A stretch of 40,035 nucleotides of DNA, taken from the NCBI RefSeq assembly GCF_001194135.2, contig NC_068981.1, forward strand, positions 12,839,299 to 12,879,333, given 5' to 3'. Both the position numbers and the translations under genes were made by a program. Below the pieces are notes generated by a model. The model ran no database searches, was not told where the DNA came from, and saw only the letters and a list, made by a program, of their open reading frames with translations. This DNA is from Octopus bimaculoides (taxonomy: Eukaryota). Below are positions 22,994 to 35,044 of this stretch, one piece after another (the first letter of the stretch is position 1; each line of letters starts with the position of its first letter).

Positions 22994-24109
22994 TTGGGTC
23001 ATCCTAGAAATAATACGATACTTTTATATATCTTTTATTTCTCAAAATTAAGAAAACCAAAGTTTTAATCTACAATAGTTTTAATCTACAATATACAATC
23101 TTACAAGGCGGCTAGGTAGCAGAAACGTTAGCACGCAGGGCACAATAATTAGCGGTATTTTGCTTGTCTTTACGTTCTGGGTTCAAATTCCGTCAAGGTC
23201 GATTTTGGCTTTCAAAATCGAATGAGCCCTCCCCAAAAATGTCGGGCCTTGTATCTAGAGTAGAAAAAAATATACACTCCTTCATTTTATTCAATGTTCT
23301 TCTATCTGTCTGGTAAGCCTGCAAAACCCCTCTTCCAAACTTCACTTGTTCGTGACGAAAAATACTCCTGTAGTATCATTCTTACCTCGTCCACAGAATT
23401 CATATTTTGTCCGTCCAAATGATTTTAATGGTTATAGAATAAATGATATTCAGATAGGGCAATGTCCGGTGAATAATATGGGAGGGGCATCGTTTTCCAG
23501 TCAAGCACATCTAGCCTTTGAAATCTCATTCTTGCTGTATATGACCATGCATTATCCTGATAGAAGAAAACCTTTTGTCCTGAAACCAAAGATGGCTATT
23601 TTTCTTCTAATGCAGGTATTCATGAATGATTGAATGAACAAATCGAAGCTTCTCTACTGGCTCAGTAACAGTAACGATGAGATTTTGTTCCACTAGAGTT
23701 TGCAGCACGTCCTGGTCGAGCTCTACAGACCTTCCAGGACGAGGCCCGTCTTCTAGGCTGCAGTTTCCTGCTCCGAATTTCTGGAACGACCGTTGACACT
23801 GACTTACGCGTTTTATCCAATCACTATATACTGATATAATATTCTTCGCATCTTGCGGTGTGTCGTTGCCTTTATTGCACTCATAAAATAAAATATGCCG
23901 TATATGCTCCTACGTCACTTCTATTAAAGCTTTGAAAAAATAACTATTAGAATCGAACTGCAGTCTTCAAAACTCGCACTAAGTATAAATACAAAATAAA
24001 ATAACTACCAGTCTTTAAACAAGTTGATGCAAGTGGTTTATCCCGTCCCCCTCCAACTTTTTGTTCATGGAATTTAAAAAACAAACGCATTATATATGGG
24101 ATGACCCAA
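22994..24109 (-). mobile_element. Mariner element with both TIRs, internally deleted transposase and a nested SINE
   Basis: TIRs ttgggtcatcctagaaataatacg (22994-23017) and cgcattatatatgggatgacccaa (24086-24109). Minus-strand SFQKFGAGNCSLEDGPRPGRSVELDQDVLQTLVEQN (HTH) is joined to VFFYQDNAWSYTAR...PYYSPDIALSEYHLF...GFAGLPDR. Confidence 0.9.
23105..23268 (+). mobile_element. tRNA-derived SINE (internally deleted) inserted in the mariner 3' end
   Basis: GGCGGCTAGGTAGCAGAAACGTTAGCACG head, B box GGTTCAAATTCC, tail ccccaaaaatgtcgggccttgtatctagagtagaaaa. Flanking AATATACA at 23090-23097 and 23269-23276. Confidence 0.8.
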
Positions 24110-24143
24110 TGTAATACTCTACCAAGGACTTTCTCTTTCGTAT

Positions 24144-25835
24144 TCTACTATATTTATATATACCTATATATATATAAAACTGAGAATGTGTGTCTGTCTG
24201 TATGTATGCGTGAATCCCTAAAACTTGAGAAGTACCCAACCAGTTCATTCACATTTTACACATGCATTACTCTGGGTCTATGGAGTGTCATGAGCTAAAA
24301 AAGACTTTCAACTTGTTGCCTAATGCGGGCTCGGAGCAAACTTTTAGACTGGGTTGGTATTACGTGTCAAAAGACAATATTCTTTCACTTTTATTCTTTC
24401 ACTTCTAATTCAAATGTGATAAGAGTATGATATTGTTCCACTTTTAGCTTACACATTTAATTCTAATTTGATAATACAAGGATAATATTATTTCAATTGA
24501 ATTTGAAATAAATGAATAATTTATATCCTAATGTGAGCAACATTACGCATCAGCAACGACAGCGGAATGGTGTGTCAGTATATGTGTGTTGACTGACAAA
24601 ACAAGCAGCTGGATGTGAAACTCTTGACAAAAAACAGTGAAATGGCAGGTCCAAGGTATACCTTAAATTAACATTTAATGCATGTGCTTAACATATACAT
24701 ATCAAGAAATTTATCTATAATAAATATTGTTGCATTTACCGTTAAAATAGTAGTTCGTACATGTGCTTCTGTTTTGTTAATTTGCTTATATTTGGTTAAT
24801 TACACTACAGTCCTCCTTGATATATTCTTGTTTCGGGAGAGATTACGTCTTCCTTTGGTAACATATTTTTTTCAATATTCTAAATAAAAAGTTATGAACA
24901 TAGAAANNNNNNNNNNAAGTTATGAACATAGAAAACAATATACGTTAATCTCTATTTTTGTAAGCAATGTTCATAACTTTTTATTTAGAATATTGAAAAA
25001 AATATGTTACCAAAGGAAGACGTAATCTCTCCCGAAACAAGAATAAATCAAGGAGGACTGCAGAAAACCGAAGGTGAGAGTCTTAACAGAGAAGGTGGAT
25101 GAGTTCTTCTCAAGATCAGCAAAGGCATGATACAGCACGTCAGATGGAATCTCAATACAGAAAGGAGATGAGACTTTCTCAAAATCAGCACCGGCATGTT
25201 ATAGCACATCAAATGGTGTCTCAAGGCAGAAGCGAGATGAGACTTTCTCAAGATCAGGAAAGGCATGTTGCAGCACTTAATCAATTAATGCTGAATCATT
25301 AAAAGAATGTTTTAATGATTACACAGAGATCCAATAAATAGCCCTCTGAAACAGAAAACGAGCAAATTCGTTCTTCACAATTCCTGCAATCGCTTTCAAA
25401 TATAATCCATCCCATTCTTATAAAAATGATAATTCTGTCCAAATTAGTTTGCTACACTAAAATTGTCGTTTATGTAAAGCATTCAAATTACCATGAGAAA
25501 CTAATGGAATGTGCTGCTCAAGCGGTAAGGTACGATTGGTAGCACTACCAGCTCCTCCTCAACCTCTTATGGATCATCTGGAAAGCACTTTCAACGAGTC
25601 AAAGGATTTTCTTAACAATATCAGACAATACAACTCTGCGTTTCGAATGACATCATTTTCTGCTTCTAAGGACATAGTTGAATATGGATTTATACTGACA
25701 TTCAAAGTTCAAGGGTGCATCTGTCACCTTATTGGTTCCCTGTTACCCATGAATGAACAAGCAAAGTTCCTCTACATTTATTTTTTCAGTGATGTATAAC
25801 AACAGACTCGAAGACGGTGTCAAAACGTCAGATGA
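24144..25835 (+). mobile_element. Helitron relic (5' end, STPR-like repeats, Helitron N-terminal zinc-finger region)
   Basis: 5' TCTACTATAT...TATATATAAAA with a CTGT microsatellite. 69-bp/23-aa repeats at 25109, 25178 and 25247. NCRLCKAFK..ETNGMCCSSGKVRL..PAPPQPL...FLNNIRQYNSAFRMTSF...FKVQGCICHLIGSLLP...KFLYIYF is typical of the Helitron RepHel N-terminal region. Confidence 0.88.
24805..25063. repeat. 96-bp inverted repeat (arms 24805-24900 and 24968-25063) spanning a 10-N gap
   Basis: Arms are reverse complements with about 2 mismatches. AAGTTATGAACATAGAAA is duplicated on both sides of the gap. Confidence 0.85.
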
Positions 25836-27406
25836 TGGGTCGTGTTAGACTCAGCGCCGAGGGCCGCTAAAAGGTGATTGTATCCACTGACAGCGTTTCG
25901 GTGCATTCAAAAATAACACACCTCCACCACCAGTTTCCCATGACAGGTTAGGGCCTGGAATCATCCAAACGGACGCATGCCATGTCGTTTAGTGGAATTA
26001 ACTTTCCATTTACTCCACAATTGATTTGTCGTCAATGCTGCACTTTCTCATATCACATGTTTCAACATAACTGTGATATATATNNNNNNNNNNNNNNNNN
26101 NNNNNNNNNNNNNNNNNNNNNNNNNNNNNNNNNNNNNNNNNNNNNNNNNNNNNNNNNNNNNNNNNNNNNNNNNNNNNNNNNNNNNNNNNNNNNNNNNNNN
26201 NNNNNNNNNNNNNNNNNNNNNNNNNNNNNNNNNNNNNNNNNNNNNNNNNNNNNNNNNNNNNNNNNNNNNNNNNNNNNNNNNNNNNNNNNNNNNNNNNNNN
26301 NNNNNNNNNNNNNNNNNNNNNNNNNNNNNNNNNNNNNNNNNNNNNNNNNNNNNNNNNNNNNNNNNNNNNNNNNNNNNNNNNNNNNNNNNNNNNNNNNNNN
26401 NNNNNNNNNNNNNNNNNNNNNNNNNNNNNNNNNNNNNNNNNNNNNNNNNNNNNNNNNNNNNNNNNNNNNNNNNNNNNNNNNNNNNNNNNNNNNNNNNNNN
26501 NNNNNNNNNNNNNNNNNNNNNNNNNNNNNNNNNNNNNNNNNNNNNNNNNNNNNNNNNNNNNNNNNNNNNNNNNNNNNNNNNNNNNNNNNNNNNNNNNNNN
26601 NNNNNNNNNNNNNNNNNNNNNNNNNNNNNNNNNNNNNNNNNNNNNNNNNNNNNNNNNNNNNNNNNNNNNNNNNNNNNNNNNNNNNNNNNNNNNNNNNNNN
26701 NNNNNNNNNNNNNNNNNNNNNNNNNNNNNNNNNNNNNNNNNNNNNNNNNNNNNNNNNNNNNNNNNNNNNNNNNNNNNNNNNNNNNNNNNNNNNNNNNNNN
26801 NNNNNNNNNNNNNNNNNNNNNNNNNNNNNNNNNNNNNNNNNNNNNNNNNNNNNNNNNNNNNNNNNNNNNNNNNTATATGGACAAATGAAGAAGGGCATCA
26901 GCATATTTATTGAGAGTTATATGTAGAGACCAAAACAGTTTGATTCAGACTCGTTTCTACTCCGAATTTCAAGTGTGATGGGGTTCTTCAGTCATTTTCA
27001 ACTTGAATGAAAGAAGTTGATGGCTATTACATTCAGGTAGGCTGCGATTAATCGAGGAAGATCACGACGTGTCCTAGTTTGATATTGGCATGTCAGTATA
27101 TCAGCGAAAACAGTTAGTTGGAAACTACCGCACGTTGAACACGAAATCGTCCGCGTGGTGGAGAGCAAATCAATCGGGTTGAACGTAGGAATGGTTGGTA
27201 TGTGCAAATACATATTTGTATATGTGATGTCTGGACGTAGTCATATGTTTTTTCGTGCATCCGTGTATTGATGCGAGCGTGCGCATCTGTACATGGGCCC
27301 GCACGTACCATCCCGTCAATGATCAGACATGCGCGCGCGCACACGTTCATACCCATGTACTCACAGACACAAGCGTATTTATATATATGTGTATATATAT
27401 ATACAT

Positions 27407-27442
<36 letters not shown>

Positions 27443-27559
27443 GCATGCATGCATGTACACATGCATATTAGTGTGTGCATGCATGAGTCTATATGCGCAG
27501 AATAGCCGTTGGGAATTAATAATGTCGGTCATAGTGTTACTTAGAGATTTCAGGATGGG

Positions 27560-28190
27560 TTAGAATAATGCCGAAACCTTATATGGTATAAGTCCGTTTT
27601 CAAAGTAGATGTTTCCACCAACGTACCTAGGGCTTTCTTGTCGTTAATTAAGAACCTCTTCATTTGAGACCACAAGTATTACAAACTCTTCAACCCACAT
27701 AATGGCAACGTGAGCTACTCCTGCTTAGACAACATCGCACGCACCAAGAAACGTAAAAATACACCTGCACCACTCCCTATCCCAATCTGCAATTTCGGAA
27801 ATCCAACCATGTGCTCCCGATAAGGATTCTGCCCGCAAGGGACGTAGTGTACAGAGTCACCCATACGCTATCTGATGGAATTCCTAGGCACTATACGAGG
27901 ATGACAGCTAATGACTTCAAAGTTAGATACCCTCAGCAAATGTACTCGTTCAGAACCAGAGACAGAGAGAACTCTACTTACCTATTTCATATTCTCTAGA
28001 GACTCTGTGACCTGCGAGACGAAAAATCCAGCTTCAGGTGGACAATTTTCGATACAGCGTCACCATATCAACCGGGACCCCAAGCTGTCAGTTTCCTGTT
28101 CACCATGTGGTATTTTCAAACCAACTGCTGTCGATGATATACCGATATAACAACATAAAACTACAATACCAAGTTACCTTCCTCCAGCAA
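27560..28190 (+). mobile_element. Penelope-like element 3' relic (linker and GIY-YIG of a different lineage)
   Basis: PFSK*MFPPT/STNVPRAFLSLIK..KYYKLFNPHN..VSYSCLDN...DVVYRVTHTLSDGIPRHYTRMTANDFKVRYPQQMYSFRTRDRENST...ASPYQPGTPSCQFPV. This matches the recalled PLE YxGMT..FK.RY..H..SF...ST and C-terminal Cys motifs. Confidence 0.8.
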
Positions 28191-28367
28191 TCGCAGCCAA
28201 CCATATTGTATTAACAATCAACTGTTTTCATTTAAATTCAAAATGTTTCAAGATACGCATCATCCTTGAAACGCGGAGTACCAACGTATACGAATCAAAC
28301 TGTTTTGATCTAAACAGCTATCTACCTACCTAATTATCTACCTATTTATTTATCTATTCATCTATCT

Positions 28368-28406
<39 letters not shown>

Positions 28407-29106
28407 GACACGTATATCTGTGTATTATACAAATACGTACACATCTGTGGTTACTTCTATTTTTTTAACGTAAATATAGGTGTATTCAAAGCAAGTTCTA
28501 GTGATATAAATCATTCGTGATAAATCGCATAGATGTAGGTGATTATGAGGTTATTCATTAACGTCTACTGATGAGCTTTGCATTTGTAAAGAAAAAACCT
28601 TACCTCGGGATATGCCAAGAAAATTGTCCCTCGATATAGCTAATCAGTGATAGCTTTAGTAACTTTCCATGTATATATATATATATATATATNNNNNNNN
28701 NNNNNNNNNNNNNNNNNNNNNNNNNNNNNNNNNNNNNNNNNNNNNNNNNNNNNNNNNNNNNNNNNNNNNNNNNNNNNNNNNNNNNNNNNNNNNNNNNNNN
28801 NNNNNNNNNNNNNNNNNNNNNNNNNNNNNNNNNNNNNNNNNNNNNNNNNNNNNNNNNNNNNNNNNNNNNNNNNNNNNNNNNNNNNNNNNNNNNNNNNNNN
28901 NNNNNNNNNNNNNNNNNNNNNNNNNNNNNNNNNNNNNNNNNNNNNNNNNNNNNNNNNNNNNNNNNNNNNNNNNNNNNNNNNNNNNNNNNNNNNNNNNNNN
29001 NNNNNNNNNNNNNNNNNNNNNNNNNNNNNNNNNNNNNNNNNNNNNNNNNNNNNNNNNNNNNNNNNNNNNNNNNNNNNNNNNNNNNNNNNNNNNNNNNNNN
29101 NNNNNN

Positions 29107-29155
<49 letters not shown>

Positions 29156-29500
29156 TGAGTAGGTGAAAGAACAGTAAATTTGTTAAAAATCCCGTGTTAT
29201 TCGGTATCAAATGTAAATACATTATTAACACGTGTTAATCAGAAGGATACAATATGTTAATTAACTGTTCGAGACACGTATATCGACTAGATGACGTTAG
29301 CATTATGTAGAGGGAAAAGCGGCAATGAAATAATAATTCACGTTGTAAACTTATTTTGAAAGTACTTTTATTTTTGAACAGAATATCTTATGTTCAAATA
29401 TAAAACACTATTTGTATTTTTCAAAACAAAATAATGTTGCTGTTATGTACACATGTTTGTGTTCTTTTCTCTGCTAATCTCAGATGCGTAGTACATATAA

Positions 29501-29820
29501 AGGCGTGTAGCTTAGTGGCTTGGCTATTCTGCTCGCAATCGTAATACCATGTGTTCAATTCCCGAAAGTTAACAGTAATCTTGAGCGAGGCAATTTATTT
29601 ATTGCCATTTCACTCCACTCAGCTGGCAAAGATAATTTGTACCCGTGTTTAAAACGGCCAGGCTTATCGCATTTTGTGTCACCCTGAATTTTCCTCAGAA
29701 CTACGTGAAGGGCATGGATATCTGGTGAATGCTCAGCAACTTGTACGCTTATTACATGAGCAGGGTGTTGCGCTGATTGAACTAACTCGAACACTCATTG
29801 TCGTAAACGACGGAGTGCCA
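29501..29820 (+). mobile_element. tRNA-derived SINE (second family), degenerate
   Basis: A box GGCGTGTAGCTTAGTGG, B box GTGTTCAATTCC, central cactccactcagctgg motif and tail gtcgtaaacgacggagtgcca, similar to recalled cephalopod SINEs. Confidence 0.7.
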
Positions 29821-29852
29821 GTTTATTTAAATACGCATATGGATGCAAGAAA

Positions 29853-29891
<39 letters not shown>

Positions 29892-31236
29892 NNNNNNNNN
29901 NNNNNNNNNNNNNNNNNNNNNNNNNNNNNNNNNNNNNNNNNNNNNNNNNNNNNNNNNNNNNNNNNNNNNNNNNNNNNNNNNNNNNNNNNNNNNNNNNNNN
30001 NNNNNNNNNNNNNNNNNNNNNNNNNNNNNNNNNNNNNNNNNNNNNNNNNNNNNNNNNNNNNNNNNNNNNNNNNNNNNNNNNNNNNNNNNNNNNNNNNNNN
30101 NNNNNNNNNNNNNNNNNNNNNNNNNNNNNNNNNNNNNNNNNNNNNNNNNNNNNNNNNNNNNNNNNNNNNNNNNNNNNNNNNNNNNNNNNNNNNNNNNNNN
30201 NNNNNNNNNNNNNNNNNNNNNNNNNNNNNNNNNNNNNNNNNNNNNNNNNNNNNNNNNNNNNNNNNNNNNNNNNNNNNNNNNNNNNNNNNNNNNNNNNNNN
30301 NNNNNNNNNNNNNNNNNNNNNNNNNNNNNNNNNNNNNNNNNNNNNNNNNNNNNNNNNNNNNNNNNNNNNNNNNNNNNNNNNNNNNNNNNNNNNNNNNNNN
30401 NNNNNNNNNNNNNNNNNNNNNNNNNNNNNNNNNNNNNNNNNNNNNNNNNNNNNNNNNNNNNNNNNNNNNNNNNNNNNNNNNNNNNNNNNNNNNNNNNNNN
30501 NNNNNNNNNNNNNNNNNNNNNNNNNNNNNNNNNNNNNNNNNNNNNNNNNNNNNNNNNNNNNNNNNNNNNNNNNNNNNNNNNNNNNNNNNNNNNNNNNNNN
30601 NNNNNNNNNNNNNNNATATTCCATACCTAGCGAATCCTATGAAGGAGTAAGATACCCAAACACTGGGTAGACATCAAGGTACTTTTCAGGCCAACGATAC
30701 CTTGAATGTATAAAATTTACACGGGATGTGCTAACGAAATGTGAACTTCATATAATCAATCTATCTTTGGACTGAAATGTAGTTAGGGTCTCCCACACGT
30801 TTGGATAATTTACTTCTTCCCTGGTTCTGTTTGCTATGAAACCTAGATTTTATCTATTCCATTCCATACATTTTGGAAGTTTATTCGTATATGCAACAAC
30901 TGGTGGGCCAACTGGGATCAGTAAAATTCACTTCTTCAGCTTATCGTACTTCGACACGGGAGAGCTTCACATCCTTAATCTTCTGCGCCAATAAATCACT
31001 AGCATTCCTGAAATTTCTGTTTTATACTTCTTCAGATTGCTTGAAGCTCTCTAAATTCCTGCACCTTGATCCTTGGCTCTTACATTTACATCTCCCCCAC
31101 ACACATACACCACACATACAAGCAGACAAACACACAAATACACACATACATACACACAACCACAAACACAAACACACACACACACACACACAGACACACC
31201 TATATGTATATACCAGCAAATATGCACAGATAAATA

Positions 31237-31268
<32 letters not shown>

Positions 31269-31881
31269 CAGAGAGAGAAAGAGAGAGGGAGAGAAACAGA
31301 AAGAGAGAAAAGTTGACAAAGAAATGGCTGCGTATATTTAGGCAATATATAAATACATGCGCTGCGCCATGTCTTTGGCTGGGAGTACATGAATCATATC
31401 TCACGCTCTGCAATGCACATCTGAACACAGTTTCAACAACAGGTAGTTCTCCATAAATGAATGACTGAATATATAACCAGAAATATGAATATATTCTCAG
31501 GTATTCTAGTTCCCGTAGAAAACTATATAGAGCACTCGTTTTTCTATTAAAGTATCCCTGCCACGCTCGCTCGATCTCTTCCTCTCTCTCTGTTTATATC
31601 TGCGTATACTCATAAGCATATAATATACGCATGTGTGCGTGTAGGTAAATATATATCTCCTTTGTCTCTCTCCTTCTTTCTCTCCTTGTTTCTTTCTGTG
31701 TTCCTTTCTGTAGAAGAGCGTATGCTTGAAAGGTTAAAGAATTTCTCAATTCCCGAGCGTTATACGAATTCATCTATTTGTTTTCAACTGCACCTGTCTT
31801 NNNNNNNNNNNNNNNNNNNNNNNNNNNNNNNNNNNNNNNNNNNNNNNNNNNNNNNNNNNNNNNNNNNNNNNNNNNNNNNNN

Positions 31882-31913
<32 letters not shown>

Positions 31914-31914
31914 C

Positions 31915-31946
<32 letters not shown>

Positions 31947-32454
31947 TGAGTGAGAGAAAGAGATAGGGAGGGAGAGAGAGGGAGAGAGAAGGAGAGAGAG
32001 GAAAAGAGATAGGTACGCACCCATGTTTATATTTGTGTTCATATGAAAGTCTGCCAGTTTCCCCACCTAGCATGTATCCACGTGAAAACATTTATGTATA
32101 CTAATGGCGTGGAAATAATATATAATGCTCAATGCCTATAGTCATCGAGTCAATGAAGTAAACATTAGAATATTTAGAACCAGCCTTCAATAGCTGAAAT
32201 CAAATTTCCAAATATGGCACAATATCTTACATATAATTGAAGCCGGTTATTGTTATCACGAAAAACTGCAACGAAGCAATTAATTTTTGTCAAAACGGGC
32301 GGGTGAAATATTCTTTGCATAAAATTAATTAAAAACTATCAAATTAATGGAATTAAGCCTCAAAATACTGTCATTAAATTTTTCATTTAAAACCTATCTG
32401 CATCACTTCTACTGATGTATTGTTTAAAATTACTGCGGAGATCAAAGCTATCTG

Positions 32455-32649
32455 TTAATGCTCGCTAACTGTGGTAATACAATTTCTCTGCTGAAAGCAG
32501 TGAATGGTAATTGCCGTCGTGACGGCGGTGATGGTGCTTGTGGAATCGTATATTGTGCCTTCGAAGGCGTCCAATAGTATGATTAATATAAATGATGATA
32601 AAGAGTTCGAAAGAAAAATAGGAGTAGTTTGTCTTTTAAAGTTCATCAT
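32455..32649 (-). CDS. Candidate small secreted-protein ORF or first coding exon (64 aa, unverified)
   Basis: MMNFKRQTTPIFLSNSLSSFILIILLDAFEG-TIYDSTSTITAVTTAITIHCFQQRNCITTVSEH*. A strong pyrimidine tract and CAG acceptor lie 2 nt before the ATG, with a candidate promoter about 400 bp upstream. No homology was recognised. Confidence 0.3.
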   Translation of the reverse strand: MMNFKRQTTPIFLSNSLSSFILIILLDAFEGTIYDSTSTITAVTTAITIHCFQQRNCITTVSEH

Positions 32650-33019
32650 CTCTGTTATTGTTGAGAGTTGAAAATGGAAAAGAAAATGACAAAATGATGT
32701 CGCAAAAATAAGTTCAACGTGGTAGCTTGATTCAACAAGAGAAGGTTACGCTCTTTTTGTAATTTAACTGGACATCAACTATGGTTGTGTCGATGAACGA
32801 GAGTGGTAGAGAGAGATGCGGGGTGAATAAATACATGGATTTTTCTTATGATTTTTTTTTTTTTTGGTAATAGGAGTTTGGTAATTGGATTTTGGTGAAA
32901 ATCCATAATGATCAGTTTAGTTGTCGAAAAAACATTATATTGAATTTGACCTCACTTAAAGCATGACAGCATATCCCTTCTGTCTGTCTGTCTGTCCAGC
33001 TCTGTCCGTCGCTGTGCTC

Positions 33020-33227
33020 AACTGATCATCTGCTTCTTCGCTACTATTATTTTTTATTAACTATGCTCAGCTTAATCAAAGCTTCACTGATTTTTCAATC
33101 ACCGATCTGTTACAAATGTGACTGACGTCAGTCAAAGAATTTGTTGTGTGGGTGTTGGGTGCCATTAGTTACATTTTTCCTGACGTCATTGTTTAATCTG
33201 AAAGATCCTTTATCATTGTTTATAAAA
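33020..33227. promoter_or_regulatory. Candidate CRE-containing promoter
   Basis: Full CREs TGACGTCA at 33123-33130 (inside the 16-bp palindrome TGACTGACGTCAGTCA, 33119-33134) and at 33181-33188. Minus-strand Inr-like TCAGTT at 33025-33020 with an AT-rich box about 30-36 nt upstream. Plus-strand TATAAAA at 33221. Confidence 0.45.
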
Positions 33228-33656
33228 AAAAACATTCTAGTTAAGAAAAGAATACTGTTTCAAACTGAGACAGCGATCTGCAGCAAGTGATAACGTTGTG
33301 GACACCGTACTTTTGCTTCTCTGATATATTTGCATTGACGTGCTACACAAAATACAGACCGTGTATTATATTCAAAGATAAAGATATGAAACGATTCGTG
33401 TTATCAAATTTAAGATTCTCAATTACTTTTTTCATAATAAATAATCACATATTTTATAACACCACGCTTTATATTATCTGATATTCATAAATGTCTATGA
33501 CAATTCAGTCTTTGAATATCATAACAAGCGGATTCCCCTATAAATTTAATCGGATCTCGTGTTACGAATCAAGCCATAAATTTCATTTTTATTCTCTTTT
33601 TAATACTTAATGACGTTACATACCAAATATAGAAGCATTCTTAATATATAAAAATG

Positions 33657-33694
<38 letters not shown>

Positions 33695-34129
33695 NNNNNN
33701 NNNNATGGAGGTGGAAATAGTACAAAGGTGAATGTAAGGCATTTCAATTTGGCAACAATTTAATAAAATGCTTTTAAATTATCTAAAGAAAATATAGAAT
33801 ATTACCGGTTTCAATAATGAATCTCATCTTATCAAATATTAGTAAAATGTTATAAAAGTTTGAAGTAAGAACATTTTATTTTCTGTTTGGTGTTCAAAAA
33901 TATGTTTGGAATATTTTCATTGAAGCCTGCTTTAAATATAGAATTCAAGGTGTTAGAGACGAGGTATAGTTGTCTATTGACCCCAAAAATATTATGTGGG
34001 TTACCGCCAAGGGAGTGGTGTAAGTGGTGTAAAAGCCTTTATTGAATGATTTTTATGTCCACCTGTGTGTGTGTGAGTTTATGTGTATGTGAGTGTGTGC
34101 GTATTGTGTTAATGTCCTTTCAATATATA

Positions 34130-35044
34130 TGGACAGAGCTTCTGGGACATCCTCCTCAAACCTTTCCTAAAACATATACGGAGCTACATACGAAATGATC
34201 TAGACATGCTAAAACATCTGCCATAAATAATAAATAAACAAAATCCTTACTTCGTTTGATGTTGTCAACCTATACAGCAACATTAGAATAACTGCAAACC
34301 AATACTAGTTGGATATTCATCAATATGAACTTCCAGCACGCATAGAAACACGAATTTATCATTGATGGGCTCAGATTTATACCTGAAAGGAATATTTTAC
34401 TTTCAATGGTTCGGATAACCGCCAAATATCAGAAACGGTGATGGGTACGATGGATTCCACGAACAAAAGATATGTAACTCATATCTTTTAATATTCGGAA
34501 ACACGTTCCATACACAACTCTGAAACAATTGGAAAAAGATACCTAAATGGTTGGAGGAAAACTTTCACAAGCTAAGTAAATTTTAAAACAACCTCACAAA
34601 TAACATCCAATTCACAATGGAATTTAATCCCAAAGAACTCACTTTTCTGGATGTACTAATCACAACCCAAGATGGGAAAATAGAAACGGACATATTCTAC
34701 AAACCCACTGAGTCTATACAGTACTTTCTTTTTACATCGTGTTACTCGAAACACACCAAACTCAATATTAGCTTCAATCTGGCAAAACAGATTTGCACCA
34801 TGGCAACAGAACCATCCAAATGTGAACAAAGACTACAAGAACTGTAGAACACACTTATCCAAAAGCCTTTCCTACTGGCATAAACACAAACGGAATAAAC
34901 AAGGGGAAACAAATGGATATCCATGACCTTAGGAACACAAAAAGGAAACACGTCTTACCATTCGTGTCAACATTCAATTCAAGAAGCACCGAAATATTTT
35001 ATCACATCCACAAAGACCTGTAATGCTCTTTTCAAACTCATAAA
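34130..35044 (+). mobile_element. Penelope-like RT relic, 3' end cut off by a Tigger insertion
   Basis: ILLKPFLKHIRSYIRNDLDMLKHLP...LTSFDVVNLYSNI...NIQFTMEFNPKELTFLDVLITTQDGKIETDIFYKPTESIQYFLFTSCYSKHTKLNISFNLAKQICT. Confidence 0.9.

Noticed and set aside
23397-23615. 219-nt plus-strand 'exon' with good splice sites, phase-compatible with the 22394-22510 candidate
   Set aside because: It is the antisense of the mariner transposase catalytic region (QDNA...YSPDIA), so the open frame is probably incidental.
25860-25930. Minus-strand GAAAC-GCT-GTC resembling hammerhead stem III
   Set aside because: No CUGANGA box or stem II upstream.
28545-28610. CTGATGAG followed by a hairpin and GAAAA, a possible hammerhead
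   Set aside because: G10.1 has no C11.1 partner and no stem I can form.
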